Shown here: positions 20,587 through 30,734 of the stretch, one piece after another
Layout of the letters: each line of letters opens with the position of its first letter
Position numbering within the stretch: position 1 is the first letter of the stretch
Source: Candidatus Babelota bacterium
GTDB taxonomy: Bacteria > Babelota > Babeliae > Babelales > CAIQNR01
Direction of reading: 5' to 3'
DNA: 64,000 bases
Assembly (NCBI GenBank): GCA_965658655.1
Contig: CBFHTA010000002.1
Location: 175,841 to 239,840, forward strand
Translations under genes and position numbers: made by a program
The notes under the pieces: model-generated
The model's input: only the letters and a program-made list of their open reading frames with translations
Databases searched by the model: none
What the model was told of the DNA's origin: nothing

Positions 20587-20839
20587 CTACAATTTATTAT
20601 ATTGAACTCCATTATCTTTATAAAATAAACTATAACCAATTCTGGCAATAAAAATCAACGATCTTGTATCTCTAAGCTTATTTTGACTCCATTTAAGCCT
20701 AATCATTAAAAACAATTTTAGGTTCCACATTTCTTTTACAATTTTTGCCAGTTCTGTGGCTAATATAAGATTTTCATCAGCACCTATTAGCACTGAACTA
20801 AAAGAACAAAGGGGGGAGAAAAGACTTATGGAGCTTCAT
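20587..20839 (-). pseudogene. Possible degraded remnant of a secreted-protein gene
   Basis: ATG at 20839 gives MKLHKSFLPPLFF then a stop; removing one T continues as SSVLIGADENL... into the 68-aa ORF. Confidence 0.3.
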
Positions 20840-20884
20840 AAAATGAAATTTGTTAATGTAAAAAACAGATGTCGTCAATGCACC

Positions 20885-23422
20885 TTACTCTTTAAAACTC
20901 CATAACACATCAAACGCTTTTTTAGGTGATAGGTTTTCAAAATCAAGTGATTTTAATTTCTCTAATTGTTCTTTTACTGCAGCAAGTTCTGTACGCAACA
21001 CTGTTAGTTCTTGGTTTGATTCTTTTTGCACAGGAATAAATGTCGATTGTTGCAGGGAAAGTTCTTGAACCACCTGACGGGCACGGGTAATAACCGCTTC
21101 TGGCAAGTGTGCCAAGTGAGCAACATCTAAACCAAAGCTACCGTTGGCAACACCACGTTCTATTTTATGCAAAAACACAATACCATCGTTAGTCTTTTTA
21201 CTTGCGGCGTAATAACTTGCAATACCATTAAATTTTTCTGGCAGCGTTGTTAGTTCATGATAATGCGTAGCAAACAAACAGCGAGCTTTTACCTGTGTAT
21301 AAAGATATTCAATAACTGCTTGTGCAATAGCAAGGCCATCGAATGTGCTTGTGCCACGACCCACTTCGTCTAAAATAACTAAACTATTTTGCGTAGCATA
21401 CTGACAAATATGTGCGGTTTCTTCCATCTCTACCAAGAACGTACTTTTACCTTCTGCAACGTTATCTGAAGCGCCAATACGAGTAAAAATTCTATCCAGT
21501 AAAGGTAACTGTGCCGATTCCACAGGAATAAACGATCCACATTGCGCCATAATACTCAGCTGTGCAACTTGTCGTAAGTAGGTCGATTTACCGCCCATGT
21601 TTGGTCCGGTAATTACCCATAGAGATTGCTCATCAGTTAAATCTGTGTTGTTAGGAATAAAACTTGAGCCTAACTTCTGTTCTATCACCGGATGTTTACC
21701 ATCAGCAATTTTTATGTCTCGATTACTACTTATTTCTGGACGTGTATACCCACGTTCATAAGCACATACACCAAACGAAACCAGTGCATCTAATTGCCCA
21801 AGCGCATGGGCCAATTTACGTAGTTGAGAAACATGCGGACGAACCTGTTGCTTTACAGTATCAAAAAGTTCATGTTCAAGTTGATCGCACTGCGCACGTG
21901 CTGTCATAATCTCTTGTTGCAAGGTTTGTAATTGTGGATACGTATACCGTTCTTTTGCAACCAATGTTTGCCTGCGAATATACCCTTCTGGAACCAAATG
22001 TAAGTTTGGCTTAGTAACTTCTATGTAGTATCCTTGCACATTATTATATCTAATTTTTAACGAACTAATTCCTGTTGCTTCTTGCTCTTCTTTTTCAAGT
22101 CTTAAAATTGCTTGCTGACTATTATTAACTAGATCCCGATACCTATCTAGTTGCTCATTAAAGCCTACTTTAATCGTCCAATCTGTTGTGCTATCAGTAT
22201 TAAGCGCACCACATAAAAACTGGCATAACTCTGTAAACTCTGAACAATGCGAACCAAGTGTATGTAATAACGCGGCGGTATTAGAAAGTTGTTTTTTAAT
22301 AGCAGGAATTGCGCAAAGTGTACGTTGCAAATGTACATAATCATGCAACGAACCTCTACCCAATGCAATACGCCCAATCACTCGCTCTGCGTCTCCAATT
22401 GAACGTAATTGTTTATACAGTTCTTGTGTAGTTACATGGTCTGTTTTTAAATACTGCACTGCATCTAAACGATGCTCTATCATTGTCTTATTGAGCAACG
22501 GGCGTACTAACCATTTTTTTAATGTTCGGGAACCCATGGCTGTTGCAGCAGTATCTAACAACGCAAACAACGTGTTGCTTCTCCCGCCATCTTGATTGTT
22601 TTTAACCAATTCTAGATTACGTTGTGTTGCAAGATCGAGCACCATAAAATCATCCGGCTGATACAAATGAAGCTGTGTGAATTCAGACAATGCGGCTTGA
22701 TTATTTTTCTTTAAATATGCATGGAATGTACTGAGTGCTTTTTCTAGCGCCTTATTAGTAGTAATACTTTCCTGAACTGTTGACTGAAGCTGCTTTTGTG
22801 CCCAATCCTGCATATCATCACTAGGCATCACAGAGCTAACAAAGTACCCCTGTTTTTTAAATACCTGAGAAAACATCTTGGTGGTATCATCATCTGGCAA
22901 TAAAATTTCATCTGGAAAAAAACGTGCAAGCTCAGACTCTAAAACCTTTGAAGAACCCGCATCAAAGGTAGTTGCATATAATTGCGCAGTTAAAAGTTCA
23001 CCAAACAAAAGTGCCCATTTATTTTGTACTGCTACAAAAGACATTACATAGGACGCAGATTTATCGTCAAGCAACTTAGCATCGGTAAGTGTACCAGGAG
23101 TCAACACTTGCGTAACACCACGCTTTACAATGGTGCCAGGCTTTGGTGGCTCAAGTTGCTCACAAATCACCACACAAAAACCACCCTTAACAAGTTTAGT
23201 TAAATAATGATCAAGCGCGTGAACAGGAACGCCACATAGTGGAATATCTTCACCCTTCTCTTTACCGCGCTTAGTTAACGCAATACCAAGAAAAGAAGCT
23301 GCGTTTTTAGCGTCATCAAAAAAAAGTTCGAAAAAATCCCCTACTTGGAAAAATATTAATGCATCAGGATACTGATCTTTGATTACATGATACTGTTGCA
23401 TCAATGGAGTAGGTTTCTTCAT
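20885..23422 (-). CDS. mutS: DNA mismatch repair protein MutS
   Basis: TPLMQQY, GDFFELFFDDA, ITGPNMGGKSTYLRQ, STFLVEM, DEVGRGTST, FATHYHEL. Confidence 0.98.
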   Translation of the reverse strand: MKKPTPLMQQYHVIKDQYPDALIFFQVGDFFELFFDDAKNAASFLGIALTKRGKEKGEDIPLCGVPVHALDHYLTKLVKGGFCVVICEQLEPPKPGTIVKRGVTQVLTPGTLTDAKLLDDKSASYVMSFVAVQNKWALLFGELLTAQLYATTFDAGSSKVLESELARFFPDEILLPDDDTTKMFSQVFKKQGYFVSSVMPSDDMQDWAQKQLQSTVQESITTNKALEKALSTFHAYLKKNNQAALSEFTQLHLYQPDDFMVLDLATQRNLELVKNNQDGGRSNTLFALLDTAATAMGSRTLKKWLVRPLLNKTMIEHRLDAVQYLKTDHVTTQELYKQLRSIGDAERVIGRIALGRGSLHDYVHLQRTLCAIPAIKKQLSNTAALLHTLGSHCSEFTELCQFLCGALNTDSTTDWTIKVGFNEQLDRYRDLVNNSQQAILRLEKEEQEATGISSLKIRYNNVQGYYIEVTKPNLHLVPEGYIRRQTLVAKERYTYPQLQTLQQEIMTARAQCDQLEHELFDTVKQQVRPHVSQLRKLAHALGQLDALVSFGVCAYERGYTRPEISSNRDIKIADGKHPVIEQKLGSSFIPNNTDLTDEQSLWVITGPNMGGKSTYLRQVAQLSIMAQCGSFIPVESAQLPLLDRIFTRIGASDNVAEGKSTFLVEMEETAHICQYATQNSLVILDEVGRGTSTFDGLAIAQAVIEYLYTQVKARCLFATHYHELTTLPEKFNGIASYYAASKKTNDGIVFLHKIERGVANGSFGLDVAHLAHLPEAVITRARQVVQELSLQQSTFIPVQKESNQELTVLRTELAAVKEQLEKLKSLDFENLSPKKAFDVLWSFKE

Positions 23423-23437
23423 ACATGTAAAAATACC

Positions 23438-23471
23438 AAAAAAAAAACGGTCCTACAAATAAGGACCGTTT
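23438..23471 (-). terminator. Intrinsic terminator after the 142-aa gene, overlapping a candidate mutS promoter
   Basis: 10-bp stem AAACGGTCCT/AGGACCGTTT with a T10 tract on the minus strand. Confidence 0.7.
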
Positions 23472-23554
23472 AAGAAATGTTAAAAATACTTTTACTATCA
23501 TCTAAACTTTACAATATCCAAAGATTTGCGTGCTCTATCTTCTCTGAATAATAC

Positions 23555-23983
23555 TTAAATCTTAGTTGCCGCTTTATGCTCTTGTTCACTACCTGTATCA
23601 TCACTCAAAAAATGATACGCATCACGTCTTTTTTGTTTGACTGGATCTTCCATAGTTTCACAAACTTTTGTGCCAACATCTGACAAAATACCTACACCAG
23701 AATTAATTATATGGAAAAAATCATCTCGAGATGGTAAACTATTGGTAATATGTGCTACTGTCTCTTGAACACCTTCTGGAACTACTGAAAGATCTTCTGA
23801 GTTGTTTGCAGTTGGCTTAGATTTTTTAAGTTTGGCTAAAATCTTTACTCCCTGCTCTATTTGTTCTGCTGTCGGTAATAGAGATTGTACCACTTTACTA
23901 TCAAAACCATTCCTTTCCATAGCATCAAGTGAAATACACATCGTTAAAAGAATGAAAACCACATTTATTTTGTTCATATTCAT
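23555..23983 (-). CDS. Secreted hypothetical protein
   Basis: 142 aa; signal peptide ending LDA-ME. Confidence 0.75.
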   Translation of the reverse strand: MNMNKINVVFILLTMCISLDAMERNGFDSKVVQSLLPTAEQIEQGVKILAKLKKSKPTANNSEDLSVVPEGVQETVAHITNSLPSRDDFFHIINSGVGILSDVGTKVCETMEDPVKQKRRDAYHFLSDDTGSEQEHKAATKI

Positions 23984-24261
23984 ATAATGCCCTTCTGGTA
24001 ATTAAAAACTATTTAGACGTCTATTTATAGGATTTTCTATCTGTAATATACAAATGTTACATTCCCTACTGAATAACGTCAAGTAGTCGATTTTCCAAAC
24101 TTTATAATAATAAAATTAAAAATTTCTAGACTAAATCACTGTTGTAATTTATTTATTCAGAAACCAAACAATATTTCTAATACATTTTTTATCGTCATAT
24201 AAGCAACTTTAGGTACTTCACCAAATCCATGAACGAATCAATTCCACATTCCGTGAACTGG

Positions 24262-24270
24262 TGCTATAAT
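24262..24270 (+). promoter_or_regulatory. Extended -10 promoter element upstream of the rluB-type gene
   Basis: Exact TGcTATAAT about 75 nt before the ATG. Confidence 0.5.
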
Positions 24271-24344
24271 AGATATAAATAATAGTGATAAAATAAATTA
24301 TTGGCATTTATTGTTATAAATAGAATTTAAGTCAAAGGCTCCTA

Positions 24345-25136
24345 ATGAAATTAAACGTATTCGTCGCATTAACCGGTTTATGCTCACGCCGTAAGGCTAT
24401 TGAGCTTATTAAGATGGGTGACATTACCGTAAATCATTGGGATGTCCGTAAACCTTCTTATGAAATTCAAGAAAAAGATACCATTAGATATAAGAAAAAA
24501 GTACTTAAAATAAGTCCCGACAAGCCTGTGTATATTGCTATGAATAAGCCTGTTGGTGTAGTTACTACCCTTAAAGACACTCATAATAGACCTACCATCG
24601 TAAGCCTATTAGACAAAGAAATTAAAACACGGGTATTTCCTATCGGCCGCTTAGATACTCACACCACCGGAATTATTCTTTTGACTAACGATGGAGAACT
24701 AGCAAATAAGCTTGCGCATCCAAAGTATAAAGTTAAAAAGGTGTATCAAATTACCCTAGACAAAGCTGTAAAAGATTCTGATATTGCCAAGATTAAAAAA
24801 GGTATTCGTCTTAAAGATGGTTTAATTAAGCTCGACCACGTTGAGCAAAGCTACAATAAAGCCAAGGTGAAAGTAACGTTACACAGCGGTAGAACACGCA
24901 TTGTTCGACGAATTTTTGAATCTTTAGGGTATACCCCTCAAAAGCTTGAACGTATTAATTTTGCCGGTATTTCTAAGCGCGGTTTAGCTCAAGGTGAATG
25001 GCGCGATTTACGACGAGTTGAAATTGTTAAACTTAAAAAAGACAATCCTGTAACAATTGAACCGGTCAAAAAAGAAACACCACCTAAAAGAACGTATAAA
25101 CCTAGAGTTAAAAAACGCTCGGTAATTAAAAAATAA
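24345..25136 (+). CDS. rluB: RsuA/RluB family rRNA pseudouridine synthase
   Basis: S4 motif CSRRKA, MNKPVG, catalytic GRLD, TNDGELA, HSGRTRIVRRIF. Confidence 0.9.
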   Translation: MKLNVFVALTGLCSRRKAIELIKMGDITVNHWDVRKPSYEIQEKDTIRYKKKVLKISPDKPVYIAMNKPVGVVTTLKDTHNRPTIVSLLDKEIKTRVFPIGRLDTHTTGIILLTNDGELANKLAHPKYKVKKVYQITLDKAVKDSDIAKIKKGIRLKDGLIKLDHVEQSYNKAKVKVTLHSGRTRIVRRIFESLGYTPQKLERINFAGISKRGLAQGEWRDLRRVEIVKLKKDNPVTIEPVKKETPPKRTYKPRVKKRSVIKK

Positions 25137-25138
25137 GC
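25020..25138 (+). repeat. rluB 3' end, source of the direct repeat at 26844..26899
   Basis: 25020-25055 (36 nt) and 25119-25138 (20 nt) recur exactly, joined together, at 26844-26899. Confidence 0.95.
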
Positions 25139-25229
25139 CCAAAATTAGCTCTGGGAGAGGTGTTGATAAATTCCTAAAAGGAACTATACTTATTTCAATT
25201 AGAATTTAAGAAAAATGGAGATTGCGATT

Positions 25230-26897
25230 ATGTATAGAAAGTTTCTAGGGTTATTGTTTATAAGCATTGCGATTCAACCACTTAATGGAATGCAACAAAT
25301 AATTCGTGGGACTATTCGTACTGGAACACAGGTTTTGCGTCAACAAGTTGAACGCAAAATTCCACATACACCCCAATCACTACCAATACAAACAGCTGCT
25401 CTTACTACTGCACGTAATACACAATCTGGAAACAATCACCAAAAAAAATCATGGATTCCTCATTTTGCTGGTACAACAGGAATTGCCGCAGTATCTGTAG
25501 CTTTTGCAAATATACATGATACAGATAAAGAAAATTCATTTTATATAAAAAATATTATTGCTTTAATAGATCTAGGTATTTTACCGAAAAAAACTAACCG
25601 GAAATTAACAGATCAAGTTTTAGATTATTGTTTTGCAAATCACACACTTCATACATTAGATCCCAATTTTTTGTATACTGCCATGCTATTTAAAACAAAA
25701 TATGAAGTTTTATCTCTTAATGAACTCAATTATTACTGTTCTAATTTAGATAAATTAAAATTATTACCCTATCAATCCTTTGATGCTTTACTCAATTCTG
25801 CTTATTGGCATAAAGAAAAATTCCCCTCTCTAATGGAAGCATTCACTTACTATTATACCACTCAACAAATACAAGAATTAGATTTCGCCCTCACTCATCT
25901 CACTGAAGAAGAAAAAAAATTCTTCCTTCAAACTGACATCTTCACTCAATCAATAACACCTACAAGTCAACAGATTAAAACTAGTTTAACACAAGATTTC
26001 AAATCTTATAGAAACTATAATCCAGAAGCTGAAATGATCTATCGAAATATTGTTCTTAATCATCCTGAAACTAAAGAACTTGCTGTTATGATTAACGATT
26101 TTTCTCATCAAAAATACCAAGAAAATAAAATTACTTTCTTTCATGGACAATCTTGGAAATGGAATCTTTACGAAACAGTTTTTAACAGACTTACACAATA
26201 TTTAGGAAAAGAAGTACAAGAAACTTTTAAATTTCCGAGATATACATCACAAATTACCCAAGAACAAGCAGATAGAATTCATAGAACAGGGGTAAATGAA
26301 AAAAATTCTCCTGATAGAGAACACATTCTTTTTACTAATCTTTGTCTTTTTGATAATCGTGCCCCCTCTAACTCTATGTTTTACTTTTTAAACAACTTTG
26401 ATCAAAAACATAAAGAAGCATTTGATTTACATTCTACAATTGAAGGAATCGTAGACTTATTCAAACAATACGATTTAGAACAAGAAGCTAGAAAAGTTAT
26501 CTCTAAAAATAAATCTATTTTGAAATCAATTTTTGAACTTCATCAACAAGCGTCACCAGAACGAGGCACTATATTAAGTATTTCTATTCCAGAAGCACTC
26601 GTCCCCTCTGTTGTTTACAGCACCTATATGGGGCCTGGATACAGAGGAAGCACAGAGGTTGCAATAGAAGCAGCTAAAAATTGGTCTAAAAAATATAAAT
26701 ATGAAGAATATGTAATTGTACTTGGTCCACTATTTACTTCTGCTCAAAAAGCAAAAGAAGAAGGAATCGAAATACACTCCTGGAACGTTGCCAACCCCGA
26801 TCTCATAACAAAACGAGATAAGCTTATTGATAAAATTATTCAAGAAATTGTTAAACTTAAAAAAGACAATCCTGTAACATCGGTAATTAAAAAATAA
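25230..26897 (+). CDS. Secreted hypothetical protein with a possible ADP-ribosyltransferase-fold C-terminal domain; last 17 aa match the RluB tail
   Basis: Signal peptide; FFHGQ...ILFTN...GTILSISI...EEYVIV; ends EIVKLKKDNPVTSVIKK; candidate promoter TTGATA-16-TATACT at 25163-25190. Confidence 0.7.
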   Translation: MYRKFLGLLFISIAIQPLNGMQQIIRGTIRTGTQVLRQQVERKIPHTPQSLPIQTAALTTARNTQSGNNHQKKSWIPHFAGTTGIAAVSVAFANIHDTDKENSFYIKNIIALIDLGILPKKTNRKLTDQVLDYCFANHTLHTLDPNFLYTAMLFKTKYEVLSLNELNYYCSNLDKLKLLPYQSFDALLNSAYWHKEKFPSLMEAFTYYYTTQQIQELDFALTHLTEEEKKFFLQTDIFTQSITPTSQQIKTSLTQDFKSYRNYNPEAEMIYRNIVLNHPETKELAVMINDFSHQKYQENKITFFHGQSWKWNLYETVFNRLTQYLGKEVQETFKFPRYTSQITQEQADRIHRTGVNEKNSPDREHILFTNLCLFDNRAPSNSMFYFLNNFDQKHKEAFDLHSTIEGIVDLFKQYDLEQEARKVISKNKSILKSIFELHQQASPERGTILSISIPEALVPSVVYSTYMGPGYRGSTEVAIEAAKNWSKKYKYEEYVIVLGPLFTSAQKAKEEGIEIHSWNVANPDLITKRDKLIDKIIQEIVKLKKDNPVTSVIKK

Positions 26898-26899
26898 GC
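26844..26899 (+). repeat. Copy of the rluB 3' tail lacking an internal 63 nt
   Basis: Exact two-block match to 25020-25055 plus 25119-25138, including the stop codon. Confidence 0.95.
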
Positions 26900-27207
26900 T
26901 TCGGGTAAAGATTGTCATACTTTCAAATAACTCTATATCTAAATAGTAAAGCAAAACTCACACTTTCAAAAAGCAACAAGTCTTGATCATGAAATAAATA
27001 CCCAAAGCTGAGTTTAAGAAAATAGAACAACTAATACGAGTATTTGCAAAAGATAAGAAGTAAATGAGAATATTTTCAGCACTCTTTTTTAAATCTTTCT
27101 CTCATTTACTGTGCGACAAACCCCACTCAAGAAATTTATTAACTGCCTATGGGGTGGATTATAAAAAATATAACGCTAAATATAAAAGTGACGAAAATTA
27201 ACGTTTC

Positions 27208-30045
27208 TTATTGAATTTCATCCCATGGAATAACTGGTTGCACAAGAGAATAGTTTTCGAATAATGGTTCAGAAAGTTTAATACCAAAATACTTAGGTAA
27301 TGTAACCCGTTCGAGCAATTGTAAGGTGGCAGCAAAATCTTGCTTATTACCTTTACGTGTTACAATCCATACATCAGGGTCTTTAACCAACATTTCAAGC
27401 GTTGCAATAGCACGCACCCATAAACGAATACCATACCATCTCTGAGTATTGCGCTTGACTGTTTTAACAGTAGATACACTATAAGATTTTTGAGAAACTT
27501 GTGACCAAGTATTATGCGATTCTATGAAATCAAATACTTGAGAGCTCGTTAATGCAACGTTATCAAAGCCATCAGCGTCACATTCCTTTTTGTATTCCAT
27601 CAAATATTTACGTATTAAGCCACTACGGTTATAATCACAGCCAAATGCATAGAGGCCCCAATACGTCTCTGCGGTGTGCCATTGAGTACAATAAGAAACT
27701 TCATCTAACGATACCCAATCAACGTCTTTTATACGAACATAATTATTACATAATTGAAGCGTTCGAGAAAGAAAACGGGGTTTATCTTCAGCCGGTACTC
27801 CTGTTTTTTGTAAGCAAACCATTTTATTATTTCTTTCTACCACTGCTACAGGAAGCACCGAATGTTTTACATTTGGCAAAACAAAGCAACCTTGATCGTA
27901 TTTCTCCACATATAAAAGGTTACTCAATGCTGCGTACCATTGAGATCGCAAGGCTTTAAAGAATGGTATAAGTTTTACACTTTCTCGAGATCCCGATTCA
28001 AAACTATATAATGGCTTCATATTTGCATGAATGCCAACATCTTTCCACAATTCATTAATCAATACATTTTCAACATTATATTCAAAAAGATCTGAAACAA
28101 ATTGAGAGAACTTTACTAATGGATTGAATGAGAATTTCACAAAGGTTTCATAATTTTTATCTTGAGCATACTTTTTCACTGCTTCAAACTCTTGGTCAAC
28201 TTTTTTCTGCGTAATGTCTTGTAAATACAAATCATGCTCTTGTTGAACGCTTTTAACCTCTTGGAAAAGCTTATCCGTAATGTCTTTATGGGAGAGCGCC
28301 ACAATATCGCCTTTACTATGCTCTTTAAACAAATTATAAAGAGCTGTACGCAAAAGTGTTTCACAATAAAGAGCGTCAGCAACTTGTCCTCGAGATTCAG
28401 ACAATAACTGAAAAAGCTCTGGACCTCGATTAACCAGTGACTTATACAAGCTTTTATCTACAAAAAATCCGTCTGGGAAAAGTGCTCGCAGCTGCTGCAT
28501 CAAGAAATTAATACGCACATTTTCTCGAGAAGAACGAGGATACATACTCAAAAAATCAACAAATACTAACTTTTCAATACCAGCTTTTTTACACTTGGTT
28601 ACCACATCATCCATAAATGATGAATAATACATTGGTAACAATAGACCTTTAGTAAAAAGCATCTGTTCCGGATACACCACCTTAAGACCTCGAGAGTGTA
28701 CACCGTCTAACGGTACTAAACATTTAATATGATGTTGATTTTGTATATCAAAAATAAAAAGTTGCTCTTCATACTCAAAAGGAATCCATCGAATATTAGA
28801 CCCAAATAATTTTACGTTTTTTGCATACACATCATACAGACGCATAGGGTTACCTAATGGCTCTAATAACTTATTCTGAAATCTATCTTGATACGTTTTC
28901 GCTTGGTTTTGTACAACAACAGAAAGTTCTTTTTTTTGCGCTTCAAATTCTTTTACACTGGTTACGTCTACAAATACATGCCCATCTGGTTTGCTCACCC
29001 AATGGCTTAATTGCGCCGGCAAATCAAGAATAAAAACATCATCTTGTAGCTGAAACAACGTACCTCTTTGAGAAGAAGAATTATCAACACGCTCATAATT
29101 TTCTATCTGTGAACCATGCCTTGAGTAATTGACTACGTTACCCAAAAGGGTACTTTTACCTACCCCGTCAACAAAACTACAAAAGATGTAAGCTGTTTTT
29201 TTATTATCTCGTGGAGTAAGTGTAGCGGTAAATTGTTTCACAAAATGTTGAGCAGACTCGGTTACTCTTTGCTCCTGAAATGGCAATACCTCTATAGGAT
29301 AAGTAATATCGGGTCCCACATACATTTTTTCAATAGGTATGGTAGTGGTCTCTGTTAAGTGTTTTGCGTAATCAACTGAAAATAAAATATCTTGCGTTGC
29401 TAGTACTTCTTGGCCAAAACTTTTCAGTTCTCCTCCATAAAGACGTTCCCAAAATGTTACCAGACAATGCAACGTATCCTTTACGTTTCGCTTTTTTATA
29501 GTTTCTTCTATTTTATTTCGAGCTTTTAAAACAGCTTCAAAATCTTTACCAAAAGCGTGCTTCTGGAACAAATAAGCTTTATCATCAAACAATTCCACAC
29601 GATCAGCGGAAACATGGTCTATCGTTAAAGGCCTGTCTCCAAACCATTGTCGTTGTAGCCAATTGCAATCTTTTAATAGAAACCCTGTTAAAAATCCAAA
29701 AATGTTATGAGCAGGGACAACGCGGCCCTTTTTTGTTTTTAAAGAAATTTCATCGTCAATAGGATGAGCATGCATATTTGAATAATAACTTGGTACCCCT
29801 TCTTGCTGGTATCCCATAATTACAATACGATCTTGAAGATCAAATCCTGCATCATCCAAACGAGACTCTAACTCCTTTAAACAAGCACGTGTTTGGTTCA
29901 ATAGAAAGGGATGATACTCATGCGTATAACGCCCTTCTGGAGAAAAATCATAGTGAGACACAAAGCTTTTAATAAATTTTCTCTGTGGTGATTGTGCAAA
30001 AAGAGAGCTCATAAAAACAAGGAGTAATATTATTGTACTTTTCAA
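27208..30045 (-). CDS. Large secreted protein with a P-loop NTPase-like motif
   Basis: Signal peptide; YIFCSFVDGVGKSTLLGN (Walker A-like); FILDLPA (Walker B/G3-like). Confidence 0.75.
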   Translation of the reverse strand: MKSTIILLLVFMSSLFAQSPQRKFIKSFVSHYDFSPEGRYTHEYHPFLLNQTRACLKELESRLDDAGFDLQDRIVIMGYQQEGVPSYYSNMHAHPIDDEISLKTKKGRVVPAHNIFGFLTGFLLKDCNWLQRQWFGDRPLTIDHVSADRVELFDDKAYLFQKHAFGKDFEAVLKARNKIEETIKKRNVKDTLHCLVTFWERLYGGELKSFGQEVLATQDILFSVDYAKHLTETTTIPIEKMYVGPDITYPIEVLPFQEQRVTESAQHFVKQFTATLTPRDNKKTAYIFCSFVDGVGKSTLLGNVVNYSRHGSQIENYERVDNSSSQRGTLFQLQDDVFILDLPAQLSHWVSKPDGHVFVDVTSVKEFEAQKKELSVVVQNQAKTYQDRFQNKLLEPLGNPMRLYDVYAKNVKLFGSNIRWIPFEYEEQLFIFDIQNQHHIKCLVPLDGVHSRGLKVVYPEQMLFTKGLLLPMYYSSFMDDVVTKCKKAGIEKLVFVDFLSMYPRSSRENVRINFLMQQLRALFPDGFFVDKSLYKSLVNRGPELFQLLSESRGQVADALYCETLLRTALYNLFKEHSKGDIVALSHKDITDKLFQEVKSVQQEHDLYLQDITQKKVDQEFEAVKKYAQDKNYETFVKFSFNPLVKFSQFVSDLFEYNVENVLINELWKDVGIHANMKPLYSFESGSRESVKLIPFFKALRSQWYAALSNLLYVEKYDQGCFVLPNVKHSVLPVAVVERNNKMVCLQKTGVPAEDKPRFLSRTLQLCNNYVRIKDVDWVSLDEVSYCTQWHTAETYWGLYAFGCDYNRSGLIRKYLMEYKKECDADGFDNVALTSSQVFDFIESHNTWSQVSQKSYSVSTVKTVKRNTQRWYGIRLWVRAIATLEMLVKDPDVWIVTRKGNKQDFAATLQLLERVTLPKYFGIKLSEPLFENYSLVQPVIPWDEIQ

Positions 30046-30728
30046 ATATCCTCCAGTTTTCGTTTCTCCGATATAAGCATTTGAAAGATATCTTGATAGC
30101 TTTTAAGAGATGCTCCATAACGAGCCTCATATTGAGAACCATGTAAACGCTCATAAACAAGATAAAGCTCAAACAGTGTTTTTTGTGCTTTTCTTTTATA
30201 CCCTACAAAATCAGTATGACCACAATTTAACGCAGCATTATTAATACGCTCAATATAATCTGCCGCAAGTCGATCGAAGTAAAAAGCATAAAAATCATAA
30301 AAAGCATATTGAATACCATACTGTTTTGCATAATCAAAAATAGAAATATACCCCTTGGGTAAAGAACGCTGAAGCAAGTAAGTCACTGCATCTTCTTTTA
30401 CATCTACAAAAAAACTAGAAAAAAACGCATCATAGACCTGACATTGATCAATAATTTCACCTCTATGCTTATGCTCAGAATAAAGATGTTCTGATACAGC
30501 AATACAATAATGTGGTTTTTTTATTACTGCTTTAACAAAGAACGGCAATGCTTGCTTGAATTCTGAAAGATGCATATCTAAAAACATAGGAATCACCCAA
30601 GATGGTTCAATAACATATGCATCTACTTGATCTACAAAAAGATCATAAAGAGACGGTCGATCTTGTGTTTGAGCAGGAGTATGCATCATAATTGCACACG
30701 CAAGAATGAACGACCACCTCTCTATCAT
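30042..30728 (-). CDS. Secreted hypothetical protein
   Basis: 228 aa; signal peptide; 4-nt overlap with the next gene. Confidence 0.8.
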   Translation of the reverse strand: MIERWSFILACAIMMHTPAQTQDRPSLYDLFVDQVDAYVIEPSWVIPMFLDMHLSEFKQALPFFVKAVIKKPHYCIAVSEHLYSEHKHRGEIIDQCQVYDAFFSSFFVDVKEDAVTYLLQRSLPKGYISIFDYAKQYGIQYAFYDFYAFYFDRLAADYIERINNAALNCGHTDFVGYKRKAQKTLFELYLVYERLHGSQYEARYGASLKSYQDIFQMLISEKRKLEDI

Positions 30729-30734
30729 GTTAAT

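Noticed and set aside
27059..27109. 11-bp inverted repeat AGTAAATGAGA/TCTCATTTACT between convergent genes
   Set aside because: AT-rich stem with a long loop; may be a weak terminator but cannot be supported as an RNA gene or element.
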